Source: Phallusia mammillata (lineage: Eukaryota). Taken from it: a DNA stretch of 64,000 bases. The translations under genes and the position numbers were made by a program. The notes under the pieces are model-generated. The model had not been told where the DNA came from. It did not search any database and was given only the letters and a program-made list of their open reading frames with translations. The stretch covers positions 12,276,001-12,340,000 of the forward strand of contig OZ281500.1 in the NCBI GenBank assembly GCA_965637545.1, given 5' to 3'. This document shows positions 10,664 through 24,900 of this stretch, in pieces (within the stretch, counting starts at the first letter, position 1; the number at the start of each line of letters is the position of its first letter).

Positions 10664-12954
10664 GTGTGACTTCATTGGACAAGTCCCGTTTCGACGAAAA
10701 AAGTATTTAAACTTATGAAACACAATTAGTCTCTGATCGACGTTTGTCACTTCGTATCGGTAAACCCTAACCATATATCCACCAAAGTGAACATTTTAGC
10801 GCAATTGCGCCATAGAGATTTGTATCACCCTGCTAAATAAACTCAACTCAAGTTCCAGTGTGAGGTAAAAACCTTCAAGTCTACAACTCAAATCTTAAGG
10901 TCCTCATTCAAGATCACTTCAACATTCAAAATGCCCATAGCTTCCAACTTTAAATATGTAGTTTTAACAGTAGGGCAGACCTAACAGGAGACATCTCTTT
11001 GACCCCAAACACAACTTGGGCGGATTATCTTTTTAGACTTGTAATTTCCAACTGTTTTGACTAATTTTTTAAATATCAACTTATTTATTTTTCATTCTTT
11101 CTGTACGGTGTAAACGTCGACTTCAAATCTTTTTAAAAACCTCAGTCAAAATGGAAGTAAACGTTTGGATTTTCCTCACCACCAGGCAAATCCTCCCTTT
11201 TTATGAACTAGGCCTACTGCTTTGTGCCATGCTGTATGGGCGACTTATGTTCACATGTAGGCCCGACTCCTTAAGCTTGACCGCAGGTCAGAAGTCCGAT
11301 GAATTAATTTACAAAAGATGTATGCATACGTACAAGTACTTTCCTTTCGATACAAATATTTTCCTAAAGCGGAGAACTAGTGTCAGCAACGGTCAAGCCA
11401 CAAGTCACGGTTAAAGAAATATTTACAACCTTTGATGAAACGGAGTAGTCTATAACACTCTCTTTTGTGAAGGGGCCGTATCTGACCCTCGGGTCGTAGG
11501 TTGCTGCGAAAGGGGTCACACCTAAATGGATTTTCTGTCTCTAACATCAACCTTGGTGACAAGTCGTAGTTTAATAGTATTGTTTTATATTTTTTTCCAA
11601 ACTTTGTTTTAGCTCCACCACTGCTTACAGGTAAAATGTGCAGCTGTTTCGGACTTGGTGATTATTTTTTGTGCCGCTAACATTTTTTTCCAACCGCAAT
11701 ACGTAACTCGCGAACGAAACGGTCACCGCACGTGGTCGCTACAACACAAAGATTTAAGATTTGTTTCACGGTTGATTAGTTTTCTTAAATGCGTGCGTTT
11801 CAACAGATTCAGACCGCGACTGACGCTCGCTTTGTGTTGAGTAGGAATGAGTGTTTTACGTTAGTAGAAGCAACTGACTAGACACGGTTGTTGTGGGAAC
11901 AATCAGGGTTCGTTTTGAGATGAACAAAATACGTTACAGTTTAAACATTTAGTCATCTAACTTGTGAAAGTTTATTTTCTTAATGACCGTATTATTAGTT
12001 TGTATTCGTTAGGTTTACGTTAGTTTCGAATCCAACAGCAACAGCATTGTTGTTTACCACTACCACAGAAAAACTATGCAACAGAAACGTCAGACATTTT
12101 AACATTGGATAAAATAAGATTCTGTGGTTTAAAGGAGATTAAGTTGTAAAAGCATTGCTGTTATATATTTTTGTCCACTTGTAGTTGCATAAATTGTGTA
12201 CATTGTTGTTTGGTGTTACCAAAGACCATTTTAACACTGGTGTTTTGGTTGGAGATTGCATTAGTTGTCTTCCTGTGATGTACAATGATCATTTTGCAAA
12301 CAACAACAACAAAATGTCAAAAGTTAGACAACATTGCAAGCACTTCCTTCACATAAAATAAGATTATATCTACAGATAAGCTTGTAAAGATGTGTAACTA
12401 ACAATATAAGTTTTATGTCAGGTTTATGCTTTATAGTGTAGAATTAGGCTAAAGATTTATTGGAATACAAACCAACAAGTGTTTTATTGACTTTGAACTC
12501 ATTACGAAGATAAATGTTTTTGAGTAAAGATGGCAGATAATAAACATCATATCACAGGATGCTTGTCATATATATACTTTCATTGTAAGAACATGAGAAC
12601 ATGGAACTGATTGGAATATATTAAATGCCAATCTGATCCCTTATTTAATCCATCTGGTTATTTGTCTAATCCAACAATGCATGACTGGCTAGAAGAGATA
12701 TATTTTTCACTGCTATTGTGTGTCAGGTTTGAAACTAATCAATTTGTCCTGACTGTATGTAGGTCACGAAAAAGTGAACCAAAGGGGCAATTTCTTCAAT
12801 TATCACAAACAGGAACTGACCTGCATTTAAATCCCAGTGTTATATTTCTCAGGTCTAGTTGAGTGTGATGCTGTTAGCGAATGCCGCGAATAGTTCAGCA
12901 TGACATGAACGTTGTAAGTCACCCAGTGTGTTAGTGGCAGTCTGTATCATTATC

Positions 12955-15900
12955 ATGTCATCCTTCGTTGGAATGCGTTCGGCCACTTCCGAATTGGATA
13001 TATCGCGCAACTACAACAACAACGTGACAGGAGCCAGGCTTTTGCGGCAGAAATCAAACACGTCATTGCGGAATATTTCTATGTTCTCAAGAACCGACAA
13101 GCCCATTGATGATTGTACAAGGTGCGTTTGTTTTCGACTCTCTTTTTCCGTTTTCAACATTTAAAATTTATATCGTTTTGCTTGTTGTTTGCCAGCTGCC
13201 AATACAAAAACGTTACGCTGAATTCATTGGTGGTAAGTCTTGTCCTCTATGGGTAGCGCATGCAGGAACTTTTTGTTGTGGCATGAGTCAAAAAATATAT
13301 ATTGTGTTTCTCCTCCTGCCAAATGCGACTGACTCGCCGGTGAAACGTGTTTGTTTAAGCGTGTAATCAATGTAATTTACAGCCCATGTATGTTTGCCCG
13401 TGAGGTCGATTGAACACGAGATGTGACCTAGTTCAATTCAGCATTTGTAACCTTATTCAATATAAATATATATCATATGTCACGTGGTTTGTGTTGTTAT
13501 TGGTTATAATGACGCCTGTTTATTCGGTGCTTGATCGTCAATATTGAGCAAACATTGTTGGCACGTCGTTGAAAGTACTGTATCTTCGTTGTCTGTGCGT
13601 TTGTTTAGCGTTGCCGTTAAATTAGCTCTGCATATTGTCCGGCGTATTTGCGTTTCGGACTGCTGCGGTATCTCTGTTTGTGTACATAAAAGTGTTGTTT
13701 ATTTTTAAAGACAAGCTACCTCCACTGATGCCGAGTGGGAGTCCCGACATCGCCTTTTAACCAACGTGAATAGCAACAATAACCATTCTTTGCGTTCGAT
13801 CGCAACTACAGTTCCACAATCTCCTGACTATCGAACTTTACTGATGATGAGAAGGCCCATGTCAAAAGTTCCTCGGTTAGTACTTCACATGGTATTGTTG
13901 ATGGTGTCCTGTTGGCCAGGCCTTTCGTCGTAATTTGACACCGAAATGGACAAGCGATATGTGTGAAACAATATAATCTTTGTTGAGCTGTGGAGACTTA
14001 AAGACGAGTTATTTCCCACAGTATATCATATTACACAAATAAATATGTCTTATGTCACTAGCCATTGCCCCTTTAAAGCAAGTTTTTGTGAGATCTTTGT
14101 ATATTACGATTGAAACAAAAGGCACAACGACACATATTTTAAAATTTGAGTAAAAGAAAAAAATCTAATTAGTGAAAGTTGTACTTTAAACCCGAAATGT
14201 TTAAGGAGGTACTCTGACTATGACTCGTGTGACTCGAACGAGTCTGATGACGAGTACCCCGACGAGTTACCTGACAACGGCGAAACTGCGAGTGTGTCAC
14301 GTGCTTCCAACGCCTCAACAAACTCCAATACTTCACAAGGAAGTCTTATCATTGATTCGCCACTTCCACATTTGGTAAGCTAAATCGTCGCGAGAAATTG
14401 TCATGGCTTGTTGTGGTGGTGGGTAATGTAATAAGCGTTTCTTTGTCTCACAGCTTAATGACGAACACGAGGCGCCTGAGCCGGATAAATTTCTTACCGA
14501 CGCCGGATCATCGGATAATCGCGTTCTCCTAAAAATTTCAGTGACGGAGCAGAAATTAACGGTTTGTGACGTCATTATAGTTGATTACTACACGTGCGAA
14601 TGGATTAACCTTGACGCAATGACAAGACATCGTCGCTTCCTCAAACAAAGCGCATGTTATATTGAATTGCACTATTTAAAAGGGGTTTAAACAACATCTA
14701 AATATGTGTACAAAAATGGCGAAGTTTTACAAAATACAGGCAAAATTCCGACAGATATAATTTATTGACGTGTAACGAAGGAGTATTTTGTACCTCAATC
14801 GCAAAAAGGTGCAAGAAATTTCGTGTTTCGTGTTTCTCGATTTCAATCATATTTGCCGCTTATCCTATAGCGGTTTGATTTCTATCACTTGACAACTTAC
14901 TACCCATAAGCTTATCTCGTGGCACACTGACCGCACCAAGGCCGAATAACAACGTTGGGCAATCGTGGCATGTGTCTTCGCAAGCATGTGGTAAACGATA
15001 TCATGCACGCGGAAATAACTCTGTCTGCTGTGACGGCCACTTGGCGACAACTTACCAGTCAGCTGTCCTTTGTTCCAAACCCCCCAGTTAGTGTGGAAAA
15101 GGTCTAGCAGCAGGAACTGGGCGTGTTAGATGTCCTGTTGTCGCTTTCATAAAAGTGATTGCGTTTTGCTTTACACAGAAATGCTTGCGGGTTGATATAT
15201 CAGAAACTGCCTGGACAGCAAAGCAAAGAATTATTCAAACACTTGCCAAGGTAAGCAAAGTGTTTATTGCGTTTTACAGGCAGTTGTTATTTGGTTTGAT
15301 TGATGTCTTAATTGGCCTTGTTTACAATGTGGTTATGTTGAGTTACAGCGTGGTGGTAATGACTTTATTTACACCCACAGAAACTGCTCGACCCATTTAA
15401 TTACGGATTGTACTGCAAGAAGTTGGGCCGATTTCTTCTCGACCACAAGCCTTTGTCGGAATATGTGGAGGCGGGTTCAGTGGCCGCATATGAGGTGATT
15501 AAATGTAGTGACATGTTTGCCCTATTGCCGCTACACGCTGTCCCACTGTTTACCCTATATCGCACAGACAAGACATTTTGTTGATTCACCGATTCCCTAA
15601 CACGTGTGGGTCGTTAGTGCGCCGTTGTGTACGTTAGTAAAAGCGGTCACCATCCCCCAAGCACGCGTATCGAACTTCTGAATAATTAATGTTGCGTTAC
15701 TGTGGCTACTAACAGGTGGTTAGGAACTGCTTTACGTAATCCTCATGGAACTCCCAAAAGCTGAAAATTAAACTTCCGTCCACGATTGATTTTTGCTGAA
15801 ATCTCTGGCATTCTAGAGAAACGCAGTGGTTATGTTGGCATGCAGTCGGATCTGAGCATGCTTTTTATAAAAGCAAAGATCGATTTAAAATATATATAAA

Positions 15901-18900
15901 ATCTTTAACTAAGAATTATAGTTCTGTGAAATCATCTTTTTTGGAAAATCTTGAACAACTAGTAAAGTTTTTTTGTATGGAAAGGGTGTAAAAACGCAAC
16001 TTTTTCGCACATGCCATTTGGCAATGGTTTTAAAACATCGATTGCAATTTGATACTGTACACGAAACGGAGTCTTGTAGCACATGCGTAATTTGATCTGT
16101 AACACTCATAACGCCTTCAGGATAACTTCGTCAGGTAACGCTATGTTGCGAGTGCTTGTCAGTTTCGTAATTTGGTAGACAGAACATCCGCTTTATGTGC
16201 TGTGCCGCGTCTTTTGTGCTTCACAATAAATCAGACTAATTTGCACCTATTCGAGGCGCGCAGTGACCGCCGCTTATGAGAGTTCATTCCCTGCCTCGGG
16301 CTTTGCCAAATCGTGCAATTTGATCGGGCAATCGAGTTACTTAATAGCGGGTGATTTGAGCGGCGCTGGAATAATTTAACGTCCACAAACAACTTCAATT
16401 TCGACTCCTTGTATTGCTGTTGTTGCAAATATGATTCATTTATCAAATCCATTTATTTTCGCGTCAATCATGTTGTGAATCATATACGCTAGAAAGAACA
16501 TAGGGGTTTGTGCAATTGCATATTTATAAAACTTTGTCCTTCTGTTAAAGTCATACCACTGAAGCGAAAACCATTGACCGCATCGCAACAAAATGAGCAA
16601 GAAGTATTGTATATTTTTGATATGAAGCGATATGTTTTGTAAACTATATTTTCCACAACTTTTCCCATTTAAAAGTGCAATAATATGTGCGGCAGATATG
16701 TAATTGAATAAGTACACTTGTACAAAGAGGTGATAAGACAAAAGATGTATTTACAGTTGCTGTACTGTGTTGAAAGTTAAGTTGATTTGTTCGAACCACT
16801 GAATCGAACGTTGGCCTTTGATACGCCGAACATTTTCTGTCTTCGCGCTTCATCTGGATTGTCGCAGATTCTCGTGTTACGTCATAATAGGCGGCTGCCT
16901 GTATCACGCAACGCAGGTTACTTGAGCTGCTGATAAATAAGAGAATTTTCGAAATTCCATTTGCTCTGCAAATTTCGGGAACACAGATACAGTCCAACAG
17001 AAAATTGAAAGTAAAGCACAACCGATACTTTTCTTTACTCAAAAAATGAATAAAACATTACATTTAATGTACCATATCGTCAACTGTAAGTTTCAAAACC
17101 AACATGTAAAGTGCAAATTGTCCAGCAGCTTTTCAGCCGAAACTTTGTCGCCTTTTTCCAGATTAAAACCGAGTAGTAACAGTCAGGCACAATGCCCTAA
17201 GATTGTCAAGCTATTTCTGTGTTTGCTTGGCCACAATGCTGTTAAGTCAACACAAGCGTGCTCTGTCTGCCGTTAGCCCCACTGCCACGTTCACTTATTA
17301 TAATCGTTTACAAAGCGATTGAAATATGGAACGTATTTAGAAATGTGTCCTGGTTTTCAGCTCCCGGATGTCTTGACACTAAATAAACATCATCCATTTG
17401 CTAAATTTCAATTGCCGAAATATTGCGCTACAAAAACGCTACCACAATAGCAGTTAGCACAAGTTACATTTGCTTGGTTATGTGTGTTCTTTACTGAAAA
17501 AATAATAACAAATACAGCTCAGGCATATGGAGCTCAAGTTTAACAAAGTTTTTGTAGATGCTATATTCTTTCTACTTAGTCAAATTCTGAAAAGGCCGAC
17601 GCATTTTTGTTTCTTTCATAATGAATCTATTGATTTATGGTACTGCAGAACAGCTCAAAATGGTCATGCATGTCAATTTTCGAAATTCTTTAATCTGTAA
17701 CGAAAGTATCCATATGTATCAAAAATATCGGAAATAACAACAAAAATTCGTCATGGTTGTTTCCACTACTTATAAAACCCATTGTCCGACGAACTTGCCT
17801 TTAAGCATGTGTCAGCGCCAACGAGAACGTTATATTTTATGGTCAGCAGTTAACCTAATACCGACACAGACGTATATTACCGCTTAACTATAGCCAGTGG
17901 CAATACCTGACGCCCTTCTAGCTTTTAATACCTCCATAATTTGTAGCCACACGTTTGTTGTGAACTAACATGTTGCGCTTTATCATCATTGGGTTATCCG
18001 TGTTCATCGTGATTAGTTCAGTGTAAACTTAGACTGGTAAGCCATACAATCGACACAATTCCTGCCACACTATTGACGTAAATGCCGATCGCTGTATATG
18101 GAATTGTTTTGACTTTTGCGTTGTTCAATCCGGTTTTTCAGGTTTAGTTGAAACTGTTGTTCCACAGCAAAAGGTTTTGATATTATTAAGGTGTCTCTTA
18201 AGCAATTTTTGATCTGCTCCCCAACTTAAAAAATAGCTTGAATTGAGATTGATTGTACTTGCTCAATTAAATTATATGCCCTTCCTTCGTTTAAAATTGA
18301 GGTTGAAATACTTTCTATTTAACGAAATATGAAACACTTAGATACATGAAGTAAGAGAAATAAGGCACAACTTCCGCGACACAGTTATTGTGAAATCAAA
18401 ATGACTCAAACATTTTCCTTGATGTTTTCCGCCGACGTACAGTGTTTGCATATCGTGTGATTTAACTTGAGTGGTACGTGATTCCTCTACATATTTCGTC
18501 CAGCGTATTCCCACATACGACCGACTGGCGGCATCTGACATAAGCGTTGTTGTAATCGGCCATTATTTATGGCAATAAAAAGCACCTTGTTTTAACTTGA
18601 AGTTTTCTCCTTACAAACATTTCTCTACTTGTGGCTTAGGACCATTGAAATCTATGAAATAATTCTTAAACTTAACATTTTTTGATGAGTTCACATTCAA
18701 AAATGTTTGCCACTTATTGATTGTAAGTGGTGACGTATCATATAAAAGGATTGATTTATTTGGGGGTATATACGTATTTTCTGTCGTAGCTACCGTTGCT
18801 ATGTAAGCCTCAATGACATATTTTTACCGTCGGCCCTTGTTTTTTGTTTCAAAAAGCACCTGCCTTTTTTCTTCTACGTTTTATATATTTTATGTCACAT

Positions 18901-21900
18901 TGTTGATAGGGTTCGGTACCCGAATTTATTCAGCTATCTGAAATTGTTAGGTACACAATTCACGGTTTTGAATAATTTCAGCAAAAAATCAAAGCCAGTA
19001 TATTTGTGTAAAACATAACGACGTTTCGACAAGTGCTGTTGTCATCATCAGGTTGTAAGAAACATTTTTTTATTTCTTATAAGTTATGACCTGATGACGA
19101 CAATAGCACTTGTCGAAACGTCGCTATGTTTTACAAAATTAAATTGTTAATTTTGTAAGTTTGCCTTTTCTTTCAGCTTCGTTACAAACGTCGGGTTTTC
19201 CACCAAATCATGAGGTCACCCAAAGAATCCCGTCAGCTGCTCAAAATGCAGAGCTCCAGCAAGCGCAAGGAGTTGATGACGCATGTGAGACAGCGGAACA
19301 CTGACAAAATTCATACCATGATACGAAAGGGGGTCGACCCAAACTTTCACACCTCGTCATCTGAAGGTTTTTATTGTTTGTTGCCCAAACAAATATTGAC
19401 ACGTGTTGTTCTGGCACTAAGTTCATCTTGATCGTCTGCCACCTGGTTGACCACGACCTATTAAAAATATTGACAGTGTTGTTTTCTTTAACAGCAGCTG
19501 GTGCATATTTTTACATTTGTGCTGTGTTATATCTGTTTTAAAACCACACATGATCTTGTTCCAGAATAAACACTTCATTTTTTTGACATGATATCTTGCG
19601 AAATCTGGGAATCCAGTGATTTTTACATGTTTACAAATTGTATGGAATAAAACGAATGACTAATGATGTGTTTTTTCTGTGTTATCGGTAAATATTTTAG
19701 CGTCGATAATTTTTTTGCATAGAAACACCGCTGACCCTGGCATCAATAGCAACCGCGAATTCAGAGGGCGGATTCGATCGTTCCTGTTCACCAGTTATTA
19801 TGGCTCTGGTGGGTGGAGGTGCTCATCTCGACTTCCGAAATCGCAAAGGAATGACACCAGTCCATGCGGCAGCCCGGTCTGGCAACCTCTCTGCTCTAAA
19901 GGTAAGGGCCAATTTAAGTGCCCGTTTTGGTGCATGTCTTTTTTAAACTAACATGTTCAAATAAAATGATATTTTTATTTGGTTTAAATGGATATATGGT
20001 TTGACACATATGTCCTATGTCAGTGTGGTCCAACTTTATTTTGTTGAGGGCCATTAAAAATCGTTAACTTACTCCGCGGGCCAAAGTCTAAAAATTTTCA
20101 AGGTAAAACTTTTTTCTGGCTCAAACATCAGGGTGACTATACACCGTTTTCAATCAATAGATTATTTTATTTTTATCTTTTATAGTTGTATACCAATAGC
20201 AGCCGTTAAAAGCATTCAGTTTCTACTCTGGCCCAACAATGCCCGAATGGTCATTGACGCAGAATCCTTTGTTACACATAACCTTGTCGTGCGTCACAAT
20301 AGGAGATTTTGAAGCGTTTTGTGTTGTTTAAGTGAATTATTCTCACATTTTGAAACATTGAAAACAAAAATTTTAGTTGTTAAAACGTTGGACTTTCGCT
20401 GGCCACAATCGGCACGCGGGCCTGCAGTTGGACCACGCTGTCCTATATTATAGCTGCTGTACGCTCACATTCTGGGTTATTTTTTTCCTCAGACGCTTCT
20501 CGATTTGGGTGCTTCCCCGGATGTAATCGATAATCGTGACCTTTCGCCCGTTTATCACTGTGGTCTCATTGGATCTCGTGTGGAGTGCTTAATCGTTTTG
20601 CTGCAAAACGGTGCAGATCTGTCCTGCGTCGATTCACAAGGCTGGACCATTCTACATCAGGTAGGATTGGGATTTTTTGTCCGTTGAAAGTAGAAAAAAA
20701 TGTCCAAATTTCGTTGTGTTCAAATTAGATACATATTCAAATTATGCTCATTACTAAATGTTTTAATCATAGTGGATGGTAAAGTTTTTTCTCTGCTAAA
20801 GTATTTCTTGTTTATGTAATTGCTATTCTGAAATATTTATGTGCTTTAATGTGTTTTGTGCATTTGCGCAATGAGCGCTCCGAATTGCTTGGTTGCATAT
20901 GTTTCCTGAAATGACAATTAAAATCAAAGCAATACCAGAATATTGTATGCAGTCAACAAATAATTTACATACCGTCGGGTCGGCAGCACTTCGGACAATT
21001 CTTGCGCGAAAACATTCATTAAAAGCCGATTGTTAATTTGAGACACATCCATTGTAATTTGTCGCTACTTCGAAAGTGAGACATTGCGAGAAAGGAATAT
21101 CTGGGAGTGGTACCGAATTCTTGTCTGCTCAGCTGTGGAGCTTGTGGGGTGGCTGAACATTGTTACACCACTGTGATGTCACAAACACCTTTTCGCTCCG
21201 TCTCCCACGATCAGCTGTTGAAGTTGTTAAATACCGCAGTCGTGCGTTTGGTGACACTACTTTTTGGGATTATTTTGACTGACAATTGGTTGATGGCGAA
21301 TTTCAATTCACATCGGGTTGATAACACTTGTTATATTTATCATGGAGATAACATATTTTTCCATTTCTTGAAAATGTATTTAAAGTTATTGTGTTTTATC
21401 AATTTGCAGCGGCCTGATGCCCATGTGCAATTTAAATTCCAGTCTGGCGTATTATTTGTTGTTTGCCCAATTTTCAATTTATTTGCTTCATTTCCCAACA
21501 AATTTTCCACATCACTGAATCTGTTGTGGTTTCGACCTGTTACTCCACTTTTTTTTCTAAATTTTCGAACTCCTGGCTGTAGTTTGCCAACAGCGCCTAA
21601 CAGCACAAACCCCACCCATTAAATCTATACCACAACAATTCATACTTTCCATCTTTCAGGTGTGTCGCTACGGTCGACTCGCCCATCTTAAAGCGATCCT
21701 GGAATCAGTTGATCAAAACTCGCTGGACGGGACAGCAGCTCTTGTTAATGCTCGCAATGCCACCGGTAACACGCCTTTGCACATTTGCGCGCTGTACAAC
21801 GAGGAAATGTGCTTACGAACTCTATTCAAGCATGGTGCCGACTCGTCGCTGCCCAACTACGCCAACCAAGACGCGTGTCAGGTATGATCCACCGAGTTTC

Positions 21901-24900
21901 TTGCTCGTGTCTTTGTCTGAAAGTCAAGATTCTTGTATTCGCCCGCTAAGTACCGGCTGATACTTGTAGTGCACTTGTCATATGCGAGAAGTGGTTTTGC
22001 AGAGGGGTAAAAGCTTTTGTAGAAATCGAGGAATTTTTGCACATATATAAATGCCTTCATAAGTAAGTAACCCGCAATAGTACAAGGGGAGTGATTGTGT
22101 ATTGGAAAAGTTCCACTTTTTAGTATATTTTGCAATATTTTTGTCAAAAGTTTCAATGATAACCTATCGTGTTGAAATTTTTGCAAGAAATAATCGCAAA
22201 CATTGTAGTTTTTCTTTTAAGATACTTTAGCTTGTCCAAAATTCATCAAATGTATTCGAAAAAAATGTTTTTAACGTCCACTTCTTGTCCTACATGCTGG
22301 TCACTCATTCTGCAACCTTTCGTTACTAACCAATTGATTCGTGTGTGTTGCAGGTGGCGGTTGTAGCCGGTAACGTGGAATTAGCCAAACTCATTCAAAA
22401 GTTAGCGGAAGAGCCGCCAACGAACGGTAATAAAATACGTCTGTCGCACGACACACAAAGAACCTTGCGATTTACGGTTGTAAATTTTCCAGACCACAAC
22501 TAGATAATTGTTGTTTAGACTGCCTCTAAAAGTGTTTTACCTCCTGTCCAATCTATAATGCATAAAATTAAGTTTTACGAAGGAGTCTCATCTTTCTAAA
22601 GCTATTAAATATGGAATACAATTTTTTTTTGTTAATTTTGCTTATTTCTTATCAATTTAAAAGACAACATTATATATTAGTAAACGCCTGCAATAATAAA
22701 GATTCGCTACTGTTATTTTTATTATTATTTGCCTTTATATATGTAATTTTTCTTGCGACAGACGACAACGAAGGCAAATCAGCGAGCAGAGTTGCTTCTG
22801 GAGAGTCTGTCCTTGCGAGATTGGATAGCAGCGCTTTGGCGCCCCCGGTGGATGACCCGACATCTGTTTTCCAACCACAAGTAATGACATGTGTCTAAGT
22901 TTGTTTATCATTTGTATTTTTCTTTTCTAAATTGCTTTTTGTATTCATCGAATTCTGACATAAATCAACTATAATGAACCATTTTTACGTTGTTTAAGGA
23001 GTATCACACAACAACAGATGGACAAGATTTGTCTGTACAAAGACCAACCACTCTGCAACTGTCACCAACAAAAGAGTAAGTAAATTTACGGGTAAATGTG
23101 CACCGGTCTCTCTTTTATTGGTTCATAGCCTACACCAGGGCACTAAAACACCGTGGTGTGCGGTTAGAACCAAGAATTCAAGGTTTTAAAACAAAAGGAG
23201 CAACTAACAAAAAACTTCATTGAAAACCAAGGCAACTGTCTTAGCTTTCTCTCTTCGTTTAAAATTTGACCACTTCAACTTGTATAAGGCAGAGTAGATT
23301 TAGTAACAGAAAATGAAAAAAATTATATAATTGGAGTTGTGAAATACAAGTTCAGACAATAGTGTTGGTATTTGAGCAATGTAGTTGCAGTGCGACGCAT
23401 GACTGACTGACTGCCGACACTGTTGTTGTTTCCGGGTCGTATTTCTGTTGACGTCTGCATCAACTTTTGTTAATCGCTAACCATCAAGTTTGTGTGCTTT
23501 AATAAACAACAGATTCTATGTTTCCTGTTTATTACTATTTCTAAAGCGCGTTTGGATTTGTTGATGTTTACTTTGCTTACACATATTACCAAGCGATATC
23601 ATTTGCCTATAAGTGATATTTTGGTAGGCAGGCTAGGCACAGTTTTGGTGTGACTTTGATAAAAAAGTTTGCTTTAAAGTTAAATTTTGTTCCGAAGAAT
23701 CATGGAAGCTAAATATTTTGCTGTTTGGATGTCGCTATGCCACTTGAAAGCAATTCTCTTTATTGACCATAAATTGCGGAAGAAAACGATCATGAAGTTG
23801 TACATGTTGCCTTACATTTGTACTTCATTTTACCAGTAGGAGCAAGTACTTGTTTTGTAATTTTTTCTCTCACAATGCATACAAGCAGCTTTGATATAAG
23901 AAGGTCGACCTTCATTACAAATTGACCTCAATGTTTTGTCTGCCACTAATGGCGATGATGATGATAGGTTGGTCACGTGACTATTGATCGCGGTCAGTGT
24001 AAAAGCAGGATTCTTTCCCAAGCAGGCACTCATCTTTTTGTAGTCATGAATAATTGAGGAGACCCTGTACTGCACATTGATCAACGTGAACATTGCACAA
24101 ACGTGTACGACTGACATAACAGTTTGTTTAGTGCCAAGAATCAACAGTGATGTGCCAACTACGAATTTCTGCTTATTTGTGGCACGTTATATAGATAGAT
24201 GACGTCACCAAGAAAAAGTTTTGATTTCAAAGATTGGCGCGAGGGTATTAATATGCAAAGACCCAATCAGGATCAATCAAGAAACGATTTAATCACTGCG
24301 TCACAGCGACGTGGGATGAGGTCATTGATACGAAGCATGACGTCGGAATATTCAGTTGTGTGTTGTCGTTGTGAGGAAGGCTTGGTCTTACGAAGTTTTT
24401 GTCAAGGATTTTTCAAGCCGTCAAGTTCGCCGTTTATGATACCCAAGTCAGATATTCTGATTTGTTTTTGTCGTGTTGTTAACGGTTTGGGAAGTGTTGC
24501 TTCAGAATATTGGGGAAAGTGCAGAATAGTTTGTTGTTACTAAAACATGATTGAACTTTGTAATGTTGTGTGATTATTTATATTTTTGATGACAAATATG
24601 TTTCATGTGAAGATTTCTCAAAAAAAACATTTAATTTGACTAGATCAGACCTTTTGTAATCTATTGCGTTTGTGTTTCAGCAGGGAACTACCTCCATACC
24701 CAACAGTGTCGACTAATCACACGCTACGTTCCCCATCACGTGATACAAGTCGACCGGTGGCATTAACAGTTGTGCGACAACTATCAGATGCAACACCACG
24801 CATAGGTAAGTTCCATTTCACATTTGCCTCTGCGCCTATTACCCAACCTGCTTACTGTTTAAAGAAAATAAAGATTTTCGCGCATACTTAACACCGCTGG

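Noticed and set aside
15900-16460. Minus-strand ORFs in a SHANK intron, including an F-box-like LPDEVILKAL
   Set aside because: The motif is bracketed by stops and I could not build a phase-consistent exon chain; likely chance.
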